Part shown: one piece after another, positions 1 to 12,500 of the stretch
Position numbering within the stretch: position 1 is the stretch's first letter
How the letters are laid out: each line of letters begins with the position of its first letter
NCBI GenBank assembly: GCA_002633005.1
Contig: NMRA01000278.1
Span: forward strand, 58,843 to 108,443
Direction: 5' to 3'
DNA length: 49,601 bases
Source of the DNA: Phoronis australis
Taxonomy: Eukaryota > Animalia > Phoronida
Position numbers and translations under genes: made by a program
The notes under the pieces: model-generated
What the model was told of the DNA's origin: nothing
The model's input: only the letters and a program-made list of their open reading frames with translations
Database searches by the model: none

Positions 1-1137
1 ATGGCAGGTAGAGCTTCATATGTTTCATTGTTGAGTTAAAAATAGTGCTGCTATCAGGGTTTGAATTTGAAACAATGTGAAATATGTCCTTGGTTTAGCC
101 AATGGGCTTATAATCTTTAACAAGCTCACTGATTCTTGTGGCCATTTGGTCAAGTCAGTGTAAAGCTTCTTGATTTTGCTAGAAGTTTCAAAAATTACAC
201 GCGAAAGTATACATGTGAGATTAAACTTTCAGTTCTAACCCTGGTTGTGCCGGCTAAATGTCCATGAAACATTAGTAAGAAGTTCTATGCTGGCTGGAGA
301 CAGCTATTTAGAATACAACTAGCTCTGCTCATTATGTAGAGTTGTGCATTTTCTTATCAGATTAACGAATTAAAAAATGAAAAGTTCATTAAAGTAATGG
401 GAATTGTAGTTTATTGCAGTTGCCAACAGTTTCATCATTTGATAAAAATATTAATTAATTTGTCATAGAACTTGAACTAAAAAGTTACAGGATACGATAC
501 CTTGTTAGCCTGAACTGCCCTGAAGTCCAACTTTTATTAACACATTAAGTTTTGTCATATGCATGGTTTGTTCTAGATTGTGACAGCATGATAGGTGACC
601 ATGTGCATGTTTTGTATTCAAGTTGTATAGAATAAAATTGTTTTGAATGTCGCGAATCCAGGATTAAAACTTCATTCAAAACACTATGTGGAAAACTGAC
701 CCACTGCAGTGCATGCTTGAAGTAAACGTGCAGACTAGTCTTGCACTTGAATCCTGGAGAGTGATTGGTTAAATTTTGAGTTTGAAGACTATTTTCTAGG
801 CTCTGTATATAAGTCAGGAAGTTTTACAAATCAGCGTTGTATAAACAGCACGATAAATTTCCAGCAAGTTAAGTTGTCTTATACTGATAGCTTTTACCCA
901 TCTGTTATTAAATTTTTTTGTCTTTATTGCAGAGTGTGCCTTCAACAATCGTTGGATAAGGAAGGCTACCCAGACAACGCAACGTACGCACTTACGAACT
1001 GCAGCTCATGAACCTATGAATTCAGTTATCTGAGCTCAGAAATGCGCGCTTGTAGTCACAAAACATGGATTATTTGCCTGTGAAGCTAAGCGAGCAGATC
1101 CAGCTAAAGAAGATTAAGTGTCTTGTGGTCTACCATA

Positions 1138-1634
1138 GGGCCCTTTCACATTGACTTAACTCTTGTCTGAGCGGAGCATCGGCGTACACTGCGAAGTTAA
1201 CTGGACCGTTCATTCTGGCTTCCGTAGTTAATGAACTTCAAAGTAAACAGTAGGTGATGCTGTCGTGATCGAAGGTATCGCAAGGTAGCACTGCACGCTA
1301 AGATGTGACAACTTGGGAACATTTACATGTGTTAATTGACATAAAACGTATTTTTAAATTGATTGGTGATTATTATAGCAAGGTATAAGCAACTATTAGC
1401 CATCACACTACTGTGAATTTGTTAATGATAACAGTGGCCCCTGGCAATAACTTCGATAGGACTGAAGTTGATCGTTTATACTGCGTGGCAGCATTGACGC
1501 TAAGCAATTAAATCCACCTGTTTAGTGCGAAGTTAACTGGCGCTGTTAACTTCCTTCCAGGACCAAAGTTTAAGCGTTCAAACTGACATTAACTCCCAAA
1601 AACGTCGACGCGTCTATGTTAGTATGAAAGGCCC
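1138..1634. mobile_element. ~500-bp MITE
   Basis: Imperfect TIR GGGCCCTTTCACATTGAC versus reverse-complement GGGCCTTTCATACTAAC, with TA on both flanks. Internal direct repeat GCGAAGTTAACTGG at about 1191 and 1527. Confidence 0.75.
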
Positions 1635-2516
1635 TATATGTGTATGAAGTTCAGTAGCTTTAAATTACAGGAAAAAGAATATTTTTGTGGTCAAAGGTCT
1701 AAGTTTTCTAATTTCCATCTCGTATAACCAGGTTGTACTTAGGGTTACTTTTAGTGAAACTTGTTTGCACCATGGAGTGTATTGGATTTACTGTTATTAT
1801 GATTGTCAACAAAACGAAACTTTGACTTTTAAATTGATATTTTTAAGGTTGCAAACAATTATAGGTGATTCTAGTCATTTCTAGGCACTATTTCTAGCAT
1901 AAGGATTGTACTTCCCAAAATCAGACCCGTGGCCATTGTCGATAAACTTTTAGTTACCTGTTACGTTTTATGTTATGCTTTTGTCTCTGCGGATATTCTT
2001 GGATTTTGCATATTAAGTGATTTGTTATTCTTGGTGTCATTGCTGTAATTTTAGTTGAAAAAGTCTGCTGTTGAAACGTAGACTTTTGTTGTAGTCCTTC
2101 CTGGCTATGTAATCACATTTTCTTTGGTTTTGTTTCATGATTTGGTAGTGATTTCTCTGTTTGTACATTCCATTTTGCTCCCTCAGTTATCGCATAAGTG
2201 TCATAGACTGAGAACGATGCAAATAATGAATATATTATTAGCCTCATTTAGTTTTCACTGCATTGTATGCATGACACTTGATGAACTGATTTTTGAAATG
2301 TTTTTGGTTGTTAAGATTTTGATATTTCACTTTTGTTCACTTATTTTAAGGAACTAGTGTATTTTAGGAAGTGCATTTTATTTTCTGCAATTAATCACTG
2401 TTAATGAAATGTTAATAGAACTCTAGTTTGTTAAATCTTGATGAGAATCATTAAATTTGTTACTGTACTCCACTCTTGTTTTAGTGAAAGTCGAAATTTT
2501 TGAATGTCTGTCCTAT

Positions 2517-3085
2517 TGAAACTTATTTCTTTTAGAAAACTTCAGTTTTCAAAAGTTAGTTCCTTGAAAACTTATGTTCGGAAAACTTAGTTTTCAAAAA
2601 CTTAAGTTTTGATGACTTATGTTTGTTACTAAAAACTTGTTCCAAAACTTAAGTTTTTCAAAAACTTAAGTTTCTGAAACTTAAGTTTTCCAAAAACTTA
2701 AGTATTTTGGAACAAGTTTTTTGGAACGAACTTAAGTTTTCAAAACTTAAGTTTTCAGAAAACTTAAGTTTTTGAAAAACTTAAGTTTTCAGAACTTAAG
2801 TTTTTGAAAAACTTAAGTTTTCAGAACTTAAGTTTTTGAAAAACTTAAGTTTTCAGAACTTAAGTTTTTGAAAAACTTAAGTTTTCAGAACTTAAGTTTT
2901 TGAAAAACTTAAGTTTTCAGAACTTAAGTTTTTGAAAAACTTAAGTTTTTAAAAACTTAAGTTATGAAAACTTAAGTTCGTTCCAAAATACTTAAGTTTT
3001 CGCCAAAAACTTAAGTTTTCGTGATTGAAAACTTAAGTTTTTCAGACCAAAAACTTAAGTTTTTCGATGAAAACTTAAGTTCATT
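2517..3085. repeat. Palindromic minisatellite (AAAACTTAAGTTTT monomer, 32-bp dimeric core)
   Basis: About six near-perfect copies of AACTTAAGTTTTTGAAAAACTTAAGTTTTCAG at about 2761-2950, flanked by diverged monomers. Confidence 0.95.
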
Positions 3086-3095
3086 TTTGTAAGGG

Positions 3096-3280
3096 TACTG
3101 TTTCACATATTCCTCTATTCATCTATAGATTTGTGTTTGGCTTATATGATTTCGTTTCACAGAGTTCCACGAGTCGCCAAGAAATTGGTGTTTGGCTCAT
3201 GTGTTTATGTTCCACCTATTCCACAATTCACTAACTTATGTTTGACTTACATGTTTCCGTTTTCCACTGTGCACAAGCCT
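3096..3280. repeat. Degenerate ~52-bp tandem repeat overlapping the ShK8/9 exon donor
   Basis: TGTTTG[G/A]CT..[T/C]..G.TT..GTT.CAC recurs at about 3134, 3189 and 3239, with a partial copy at about 3096. Confidence 0.7.
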
Positions 3281-3505
3281 CCCTGCAGTTGTGAGTCATC
3301 CACACAGTGTTCGAGATACACTCGCCATCTTTAGCCCACTTAACGCAGGCCTGGTTGCCAGCTCTGTTTTCGCAAGGTAAAACAAGAATGGAGCCCTCTT
3401 CACTACACAGGCCACATGACTTTCTACATAACCGTATCCATCGGTCTCGGTTGATGCAGTGGGCGGTCGTGTCACAAAAGTACGAGCCGTCAACACAATC
3501 AGCAT
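3251..3505 (-). CDS. ShK domains 8 and 9 exon (CVDGSYFCDTTAHCINRDRWIRLCRKSCGLC; CENRAGNQACVKWAKDGECISNTVWMTHNCREACAQW)
   Basis: 255 nt, phase 1-1, bounded by actttctag and GTAAGT. The frame is not in the ORF track. Domain 9 has W in place of the sixth Cys. Confidence 0.9.
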
Positions 3506-6500
3506 CTAGAAAGTAACGCCCGGGTCTAAGTTCAGTTCAGACAGAACTAACTTTAATGGCCTGCTACTGGCTAATGCTACGCCATCCAAAACTGTTGCCC
3601 AAAACATATTCATGAGACGGGTTGCATAAAACTCAAAACTTATCCACTGGATTAGTTCGGTTGTCGCATGAGGTAAAATGCATTGCTCAACAATACTTAC
3701 GAGGTGAGCCAAGTGCTTGTCCAAATAGGTCCAGTAGTCATTGAAAATTAATTATTGCATCTCCTGATCACAACTTATTTCTCTCATTGACTCAGTCTAA
3801 CGTAGTGTACTACATTTTTGTTGTTTACCATCAAGGTAATGAATGAGCCAGTGAAATTTTGTACGGGTAACCAGCATCGTGCTTTGAGCTGAACCTGGCC
3901 GTACTGAAAAACTCCTAACTAGAGCTCCAAAGAAATTAGCTGGCTGTCTATCTGAATACATGCTTGTACCAGCTAGACTGTTCAGCAACAGTGGAACACG
4001 AGCAACGGTAATACTTTAAAGTGACTGATTAAATTGATGATGTGCAAACTTTCTCTATCAACTGCCTTTCTGATATTTAACTTTAACTTGCAGTATTCAG
4101 CTTGGTGTTGCGTCAAAGCGTAATAACAAAGACCGCATTCACAAACGCGTAAGGTTATAACAAATTTCATTGATACGAAGTTTCAGAAACAGGATTTCAA
4201 AATTGTTGAAGTTGTAGCCCAGTGAATTATAGAACGTTTGATATAAATGACCATGGTCAAAAACAAATGACGTGAAAAACTACTCCGTACCGTCTCTGGC
4301 GCACCTGGTACAAGTCCGGAAGCAATCTTTGGCCATGGATATCGCTTCGGTTATACAATTTCCATAAGAAACAAGCTCTTCGCACCTCTTCACACTTAAT
4401 TTGTTCTGGCAAATTTCTGTTTTCGGACTCGGCTAATGGAAAACAAAAATGCTTCAGCGGCTGATCAAATTTCAAAGGCAACTGAAGCAACAAAATACAA
4501 CAAAACACAGTACGTTATTATATATTCATAGCCACGTGATTTTTAAGTTTAGATAAGAGCCCAGTTTGTTTCCATTAACCCGATATCCTGTCAATAGATC
4601 TGCAGCTGTCAATCACGCTATCAGAATTCAAAAAGGAAAATGGGATGATACACCTGATTACTACTATGGCTTCATTCTTCACGAAAATGCGTAACTGGAA
4701 ACTGTGTTACTGAGGGATTGCAACATGTCGCAGCAGCATTGTCAACCAGTGCCACGAGAGGTGGCTCTGTGGATTGACTAGTAACATACCAGAGACTGGA
4801 CTTTCTCAATCTATTGTGACCCTTGTTTGTTCGTACAAATGAGGCCGATCAACTTAGCAGTGACGGGTGGTCCTCCCAACAAGGCGAGGATTGATTCCCT
4901 CATCAAACTAATTCTCTTTTACTTCTAAGTTTATGTCAACATTTGTAATCTCAAACGTGCGTATACTGCATTGTTGTTAATTCGAAGTCAGTGCACAGCT
5001 CTAATGCGACATCTATCAGGTTAGTCAACTCACGTGATATTCCAAATAAATAGGTCAATGCAGTCAGGAACTTGAGTGCATTTTCGGTTTTGATGAAACC
5101 GATTGCGCACAAAGTCCATCCACGTATTCACCAACAATCCCAAAATATGCAAGTTTCCGTTCTAAAACAACCTCTATTAAGAAATTGGCATCATTTCAAT
5201 AAGCGACGTCAATCCTGTACTCTAAAGGTTTTATGTCACATATTCAGATTCACAGATTTTCTGTGTAATTAAACATTTTCACAAATTTTGAGTTCCTTCC
5301 GTTTCGGTAGTACTCATGTGACTTATTTTCTTTTTTATTAGACGATGCCGGAAAGCAATGACTGAATTGTGGCTTTTTGGAAAATTGTGCGAAACCCTAT
5401 CAAGCATCAAGTGATTTAGTTTTCTCGTAAAAACATTTAGTGCGCTTGCATTAGTTACAAAACCAATGATCTTCTTTCCAGATTGGGTGTTGGTTTGACA
5501 TTAAAAACGTAACATTATTAAGCATACACAACAGGCGTGATATTGTTTTTGTCTTGCGCTTTGAAGTGGATACTGAACGTGAAACGTGCCACTAACTTCA
5601 CTGCAAAAGGGATCATTCCGCTGTCCATTATAACATGATTGGTTACTAAGCTTGCATTGTGGGCAAACGACCACCCCTTTTCGGGCAGTAATGTCATTGT
5701 TATCCAAATGAAAAATGTTGCTTGTGGATATTTCAAATAAATATGGCACTCCACCTACATGTACCCATACAGGTTTGTTGTTTTTACTAAAGTTGCAAGT
5801 CCATGTCGTTTATTGGTTCAAAATGTGGAGAAAATAATAGAAACTTTTCCAGAAAACGATCATCTGTTTCCGCAGTTACTTACTTACCTTGACAAAGATA
5901 CTTTTTGCACGCCTTAGCACATACGTCCCACATGTAGCTAGGATTGACATGGCATTCTCCTTGCTTTCCCCAGAACTCACAATCGCTGTGTTTATTTTCG
6001 CACACACTAAATGGACACATATGTTGATGACAGGTCCAGCGGCAGTGGTAGTTCATACATATGGATTGTTTCTTACAGTCGCCTCTTCGAAAACGCTCAA
6101 AACATTCTATTTCATTAAGGGGAAGACAACGAGCTAAAAGGTAGCACAAAGTTGAAGTGCGTAATACTACCATCAGCCAGGTGTTAATAAATTGCTTTGG
6201 TATACTGTAGCAACACTATTTTTAAAGACTAACGGTTTACGTACAGCTAGGTCTAGCCTATTTACATTGGCACGACGTCTCGAGTTGTTACTTTTCGGCC
6301 ACCTTCTAGGACAACTGAGCGTTCATATTAATTTGTACGCTGCAAAGTCGCGATGGTCTGTGTTGAACACATTTTAACATTTTTAAAATAAATTCCTTGC
6401 GCCAAGGTAGGATTTGAACGAAAGAATGTTCGATTGTCAGTCTGGCGCTTTAGTGGATGTACAATGGATCATCCACGTGCTTTAGGATGTGTAAACGGGT

Positions 6501-9500
6501 GTTGGTTGGCTGCTTGGGTGACTTCACCTGAAGATGGCCGGACAAACATACTGATCGCCGAAACGCCGTAGAAATCCAATAGTCAAGAGTTTGGTGTAAA
6601 TTTATCGGTGTGTTCCAGAAATGGTGAACGTGGCATATGTGGAATGGTTAGACGGAGATAAATATGCAAAACTTACGGAGACTGGAAACGCAAAGTCTGA
6701 AATACGCACTGTGCTTCCAACCCTGGTCAAAGTGCAGTAACTTCCGTTGGCAATATCTTACCTCCCAGTCATGTCAGTGAACGCTGTTTGACCCGGAATC
6801 ACATTCACAATGCCGAGAATTTATGATCGATTTTTTGCGAATTTTCACTCACGCAGTTTTTTCATTGCGCATGTTTTCAAAAAAAGAAAAACAGTGGTGG
6901 CAACCGGTGGTGGGACTGAAAAGAGTGACAGCCCGAGGGTACTTTGCAATAAACAAGGGGACAATTAATGGAAACGAACTTTGACCGGGGTAGGATTTTT
7001 TTTAATGAAGAAGGAGCAATGGGCACGTTGTGCAACCCTCTCTGCGTTATTATCTGGCTATAACTGTCGACACAGCATGTAAATTTGCATTCAGGAAATG
7101 ACACGAAAACAATGACTTAGATATTTAGTTAAAGAAACAACATTAAAGAGTGGTTCGTACTCCGCACTTTCAGAAATTTCTAGTCGAAGCCAAAATGAGC
7201 CCCCGGCAACCAAACATTTCAGTGCACCCGAAGAACCAACTCGATAAAGGCAAGCGTTGAAGAGTAGTCCACGAAATACATGTAGGCTACAGTAAGTAGC
7301 TCGTCATCTCTGTGAAAGCAACTAGTAGGCAACATAAGGTGCATTAGGGAGACGCAGAGAAAATAATAAGCTCGCTTAGTCGGCCATTATCAGAAACAGA
7401 AAGAAACATTCTACCATTAGGGCCACAATGTCCGGATCGTCCGTTAGGCCAGCGAGTTTAAGACAGAAGGCGAGCGACGGTTGACCCTCCGCCATATGAG
7501 TCGCCGTCGTTATCTTTACCACAATGGACATGTCTTCCTGAGAAATCAGTCTACCGGGACTATTCTTCATCTTTATCCAATCAATGTCAGAACATCTCGA
7601 TGATATCGTTACTTCAAACACAAACTTCGTATATTTGTCAGCTCAAACGAGCTGTTAGTTCATCGAAAAAGTTGTTTGTATACTATGGACTCGTAAACAT
7701 TGAATAGTTTGCAAGTACGACTTTAAGGTCTATCAGTTGGTTAGTCCTCACACATGACTAACCCTGAAATGACACACCGGCGTAGCCTATGTTTTCTATT
7801 ATTAGAGTCCGCTAGCCCCAGACTAGATAGTGCTCAGTCTGTACAGTAGTACAGATGACAGCCATCCTATAGGGCCTTCGCGTGCCGCGAGCTTTTTGGC
7901 GAACAGTGCCTCACACTGGTTAAATAATCAATGCCACATAGCGGTTAGTAGGCATTTGCGTTTGGATGAGCACGTTAGGAGGCTATTGATACCTTTAATT
8001 CTTTCCAACTCGAGCAACTTCTTCCGTAATTAAACTTTATTTTCGAGCAGTCTACAGAAAAATTGATTCAAACACTAGAATTTTCTTACTTGAGTTAGCA
8101 ACATTGCTTCCGTCTCTCAAGGATTTCAGCTTGGCCAGCGGCGTTATTATCGTTCTGGCCAATAGGTGACGTTTTAACTAGAGGACGTGGCATCGAGGTC
8201 AGCACACTATCCCATACGTGTAAGAGATGGAATATTAATCCACTTTGTTTATTCAGAGAGGGGCTCTCGATGTGATAGTGGAGAGCTTCTTTGACACCCC
8301 TTCTGAACCAATCTTCCTCACAGTCTTTAAAAGCTACCAATGAGACCTATCAATTGATGTATTAATTATTTCCCTAGGGTAAACATTTTTTTCACAACTG
8401 TTTAAAATGTACGTCGGTCACACTGAATGGAATTGCCCGGAATCAAATCCAGCTCAAGTGTTGTTGATGGGACATACACTGTCTATAAGAGACCCACTTT
8501 ATAAACAAAGGATGTGAAGCTATGAAAACAATTTAAGTGTACAGTTCTGTGTAAGAGTTCTTATGAAATACTAATGTTACCACTAAGATACCCTCACGCT
8601 CCACTAACACGTCCAAAAATGGCAAAATGTAGTCGACCTCCTATTCTATACTGAATTTCAAGTTAAGATGCCTCTAGTTTAAATACATCAAAATTCTTGG
8701 GCTGACTGCTGACTTTCAAATATACAAAACACATTATCTACATAGCAAGGTGGCCACTATGTTTTCTCTTTGTCAGACGATTGGTTGTGGGTTTGTTTAA
8801 AAGGTAGCAATGCTTTGAGATTGTGCGTAGATGGAGAGTGAATAAGGAAATCCAGTAATTAATTTATTATACGATAACCCCTAATTAGACAAATGAAACC
8901 TATTGTTAATTAAGTAATCAACTACAAAGAGTAATACCCTAGCGCCCTCTTTAAAGATTACTTTAATCAAACAACCAAAACAATCAAATGTCTTATCTGC
9001 TATCCAAGCTAGGACTCTCGACTTGTTGGATGTCTGTCCTGTTGGTGAATCTACTACACACACTGTATAGCGACAGTGCACTTGCTGGTCACCGTCTCTG
9101 GTGATGCAACACGTGCAGGCAATTTCTTCTACCTGCGAATCTTCTTGCTGGTCACAGTCTCTGGCTGAGGACGCAACACTTCAGGTAGTATCTTACTACA
9201 ATGCAAGGGACAAGCTCTTAGTTAACTTCGTGTTCGCTAACCCTTGCCCTTGCCAAGATCCTTTCTAGAATCTTCCACGAGATGGCTCTGTCGTACAATT
9301 CTAGAATCTCTAGAGTACTTTGACCCCAGAACCCAAAGTTGTAAGCACCATCTAAAAATAGATTTTGACGTTAAAATACATGTCAACAAGTCTGATCCCA
9401 TGATTTAAAAGTACATATGCACAAATTTTGGGCAACTTAAAATCGATCTATTCTTACTAATTACTTAATCAATATTTATTCTGACACTTTTCTTCTTTTG

Positions 9501-12500
9501 ATGGCGTTTCAATAGATGACACCGAAACATGTCAAGTCGTTATAACTCCGTTGTTGTTTTTATTGATATATGCTGCTAATTGCTATCAGGGAGATTGATC
9601 ACGAGGCTTTGAAATGCATTGTGGATAGCTTATCTTGCATTATACGATTTTCCATAAAAGTTTAGAAGTAAGCAGTCTTTTCAGAAAGTAATTCTGATAC
9701 ATGTAGTATATGTTACCATATATAAACAAGAGAAATTGGAATAAATTTTACTTTTAATTTTAAATTTTACTAAAGAAAACAGACTCTGGAAAATAGCAAT
9801 ATTCATTAAAGGAGACATTGTTTTTTGAACACTTGTTGCATAGTCGTCATGGTCGACGTTCAAGAGCTATAAAACGAAACAACTGGATTGAAAAGCGGGA
9901 CTTAAGGATAAAAAGCGGTACATCTGGGTCTTAACCAAAAAGGAAGAGTGAAATGTTCGCTGCAACACACTTGTCAGAATGTAGACTGACACTTGTCTTT
10001 TGTTGTATTGTTTTGTTTTGTTGTTCTGTTTGATTGGCATGACCCCTGAGTTAAGTACAATGATGATGTAATTTGTTTACTACAGAATAGTGTGGAACTT
10101 TCTAGAAGTCGCTAGCAAGACAAATGTTAATGCAGCCTAGAATAGTATATGTTTGTAGAATGATTGGGTAGATTCCGGAGAGTTCTATAATGTGCTTGAG
10201 CTGGTGAAAAGTTCTAGAACAATGCATTAGTCTATAAATACCAGGCACGGGTTTAAATTAGGTAGTTAAGTATCAGTCCACGGATCCACCGACCACTGTA
10301 CAGCCAACAAGCGGCAAGGTGGGGGTCAGCCATTCAGATCCTTGTTTAGTCTGATAAATCACATTAGGGATGGGAGAAACTGGGTGAAGTATGACACCAC
10401 AAAGTTTGGTGGTTTAGGAGATACAAGAGAAGTGTTCTGGGGGGCAGAATGAGGCAATTTCTTGGTGTGGAACGAGTCCTTTTTGACCAAATTTTCTACT
10501 CCAGTTTCTGCTTCGAACAGAATCACTTCTGAACAAATTTGATAATACATGATAGGTTCATGACCAATGTCAGCAAAAATGGCACCGACACTGCAATATC
10601 GGTTACCATGGTAACACTGGAACTGTTTCCGGGGAGGTGCATTTCCTTCTTGTGAAAAACCAGCAGTAAGTTGTACACTTATAGCGAAGCTGCCCACGCG
10701 AGAAAACTAAAAATACTATCATGGACATGTAGAAGACTCCATGCCCTTGAAATTAAAACAATAAAAACTTTGTCAGCCCTTCAGGCAGGCTTAGTAATAA
10801 GTGTCTGAATTTCACTATTTTCAGACCGCGTATATGTATTTGTCATGTTAAACCAGTCACTAGTTGTGCGCCGTTTCTACGCATTAATATGCCGTGGTAT
10901 AACATAACAATTAAAAGAATTGGTTTGCTTAAATGTTTTTAATTAATTTTAAGGACATTAGCATTTCCCACTAAAATATGATATTACACTAAATGTGTTC
11001 ATCCAACTCGTCTGAATACCAAACTAAAGCTTACAATGCGTTAGTTGAATGATGGCTGACCTAAAGTGCGGGTTTGCGAATTTATCTATTTATCTGGCAC
11101 TGCCAGTCGCATCGAATGTGGTATTTCTACAAATTGCGGAGAGAAACAACTTTGGAAACTCTTGGGAAATGCACAAGGTATAGAGCGAGACATTTGAGCA
11201 CCTTGTAAGAGTACGTGGAGCTGATGTGAAGGTGGAACGTGTCCTGAGAAGTAGTCTGTCTCAGTGTCTGCCTCGGAGGCAGAAGTGCAGCAGGAGCTAC
11301 TTAATCTACCGTATTAGATTCACTTGCCCGAATCATCGTTACAACACTCGAGATATATTGCTGTCGCCAAAGACACTGAGAACATCCACTGCACACTAGA
11401 GGAGAAATCTGATAGAGCCTGATAGAGGTCTGAAAAATGACCAAAGACGTTAAGTCGAGGTTCAACGTCCTGCTTCGAGTGAGCTCAGGTAGGAATCACT
11501 AAACTCCAGGGTCTGACCCTGAGGAATATTTTTAGAAGTACGTCATTCATGCAAAATACTTTTATTGTCACACCGTGATTGCTTATAACTTGGGCCTTAT
11601 TGCTTAATCATATCTTATTCAAATGTGTTGATTTTTATGCAACTACATGTATACATTGGCATAGAAAATAGGTAGTCATCATAAGTTTTCATAACAACCA
11701 CCAAATGTGTAACATGACTTCTGCCCATGAACCACTTTTAGAGACTAGGGAGTATATTGTGTCTGCCAATGAATTTCTGCGATTATGAAGGTAATTAAAC
11801 ATGCTTAAGCCGTCAAAAATATTGGTGCCTTCACTTTAGCTTGGCATTCATATTTTCAGAGCCGAAATGGCCACATTAAATTTAATATGTTTAATTTTTT
11901 CATTAATACAATTTTAGGAATCAGGAAAGGCTTATGCTGAAGAAGTGGCTTCTGCTGAAGTTGGAGACTAGCCGATTATTAGTAAAGTTTGGGTATGGGA
12001 AAGTTCACAACCAGCAAGAAGGTATCGTTCTGGACAACTAAGTGAGGGGGCTAGAGAGAGGCCGTAAAGTCTACTCTCAGAAGATATGTCAAAGAGAATT
12101 TGTAGCTTGAGGAACGAGTCTGGCGAAAAAGTATTTGCCAAAGATTACTGGCTTATACCACAGCAGGTCCAAAGTAATTTGTTGAGATATGCCACTCTCA
12201 GCAAATGTGGGGAAACTGGGACAGGGGAAGTGGAGTATGCATTGAAAGAGGCAATCTGCGATTGTCAAGGATGTAGCATTGTAAAAATTCAAAGGGAGGA
12301 AACAGTACAGTGGCTGGACCTGTAAATACTCTGGCTGATCTGCTGAATCCAGTGGGGGCATTATTGTGTCAGCACAGCTGTGTAGGGAAGTAGGCTTGTG
12401 TGTTGTCGCAAGCTTTGTTTGCACCAGAACTGCTTGTGTGAACAGCACAAATCTAAAATTTACCTAGTCTAAGACTGTATTTTACTCCAGGCACGGATCA

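Larger units (their letters stand above)
1..3097. mobile_element. Probable end of a large CACTA/EnSpm-like DNA transposon (other end outside the window)
   Basis: The satellite-like subterminal array ends abruptly in TTTTTGTAAGGGTA (reverse complement TACCCTTACAAAAA), resembling CAC-type termini. The AT-rich interior has a possible decayed BEN-like helix near 935-1045. The superfamily and left extent are inferred. Confidence 0.4.

Noticed and set aside
2761-2950. Regular 32-bp repeats resembling a CRISPR array
   Set aside because: The units are contiguous with no unique spacers, there are no cas genes, and the context is eukaryotic. It is a minisatellite.
3560-4200. KFHWLIHY and nearby short ORFs as an EnSpm-like transposase relic
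   Set aside because: Only one short motif, with no consistent order of further motifs.
5501-5754. Two overlapping minus-strand ORFs as a bridging exon fixing the ShK6-ShK7 phase
   Set aside because: There is no polypyrimidine tract and no recognisable domain. A phase-0 donor (GAA|GTTAGT) exists but support is too weak.
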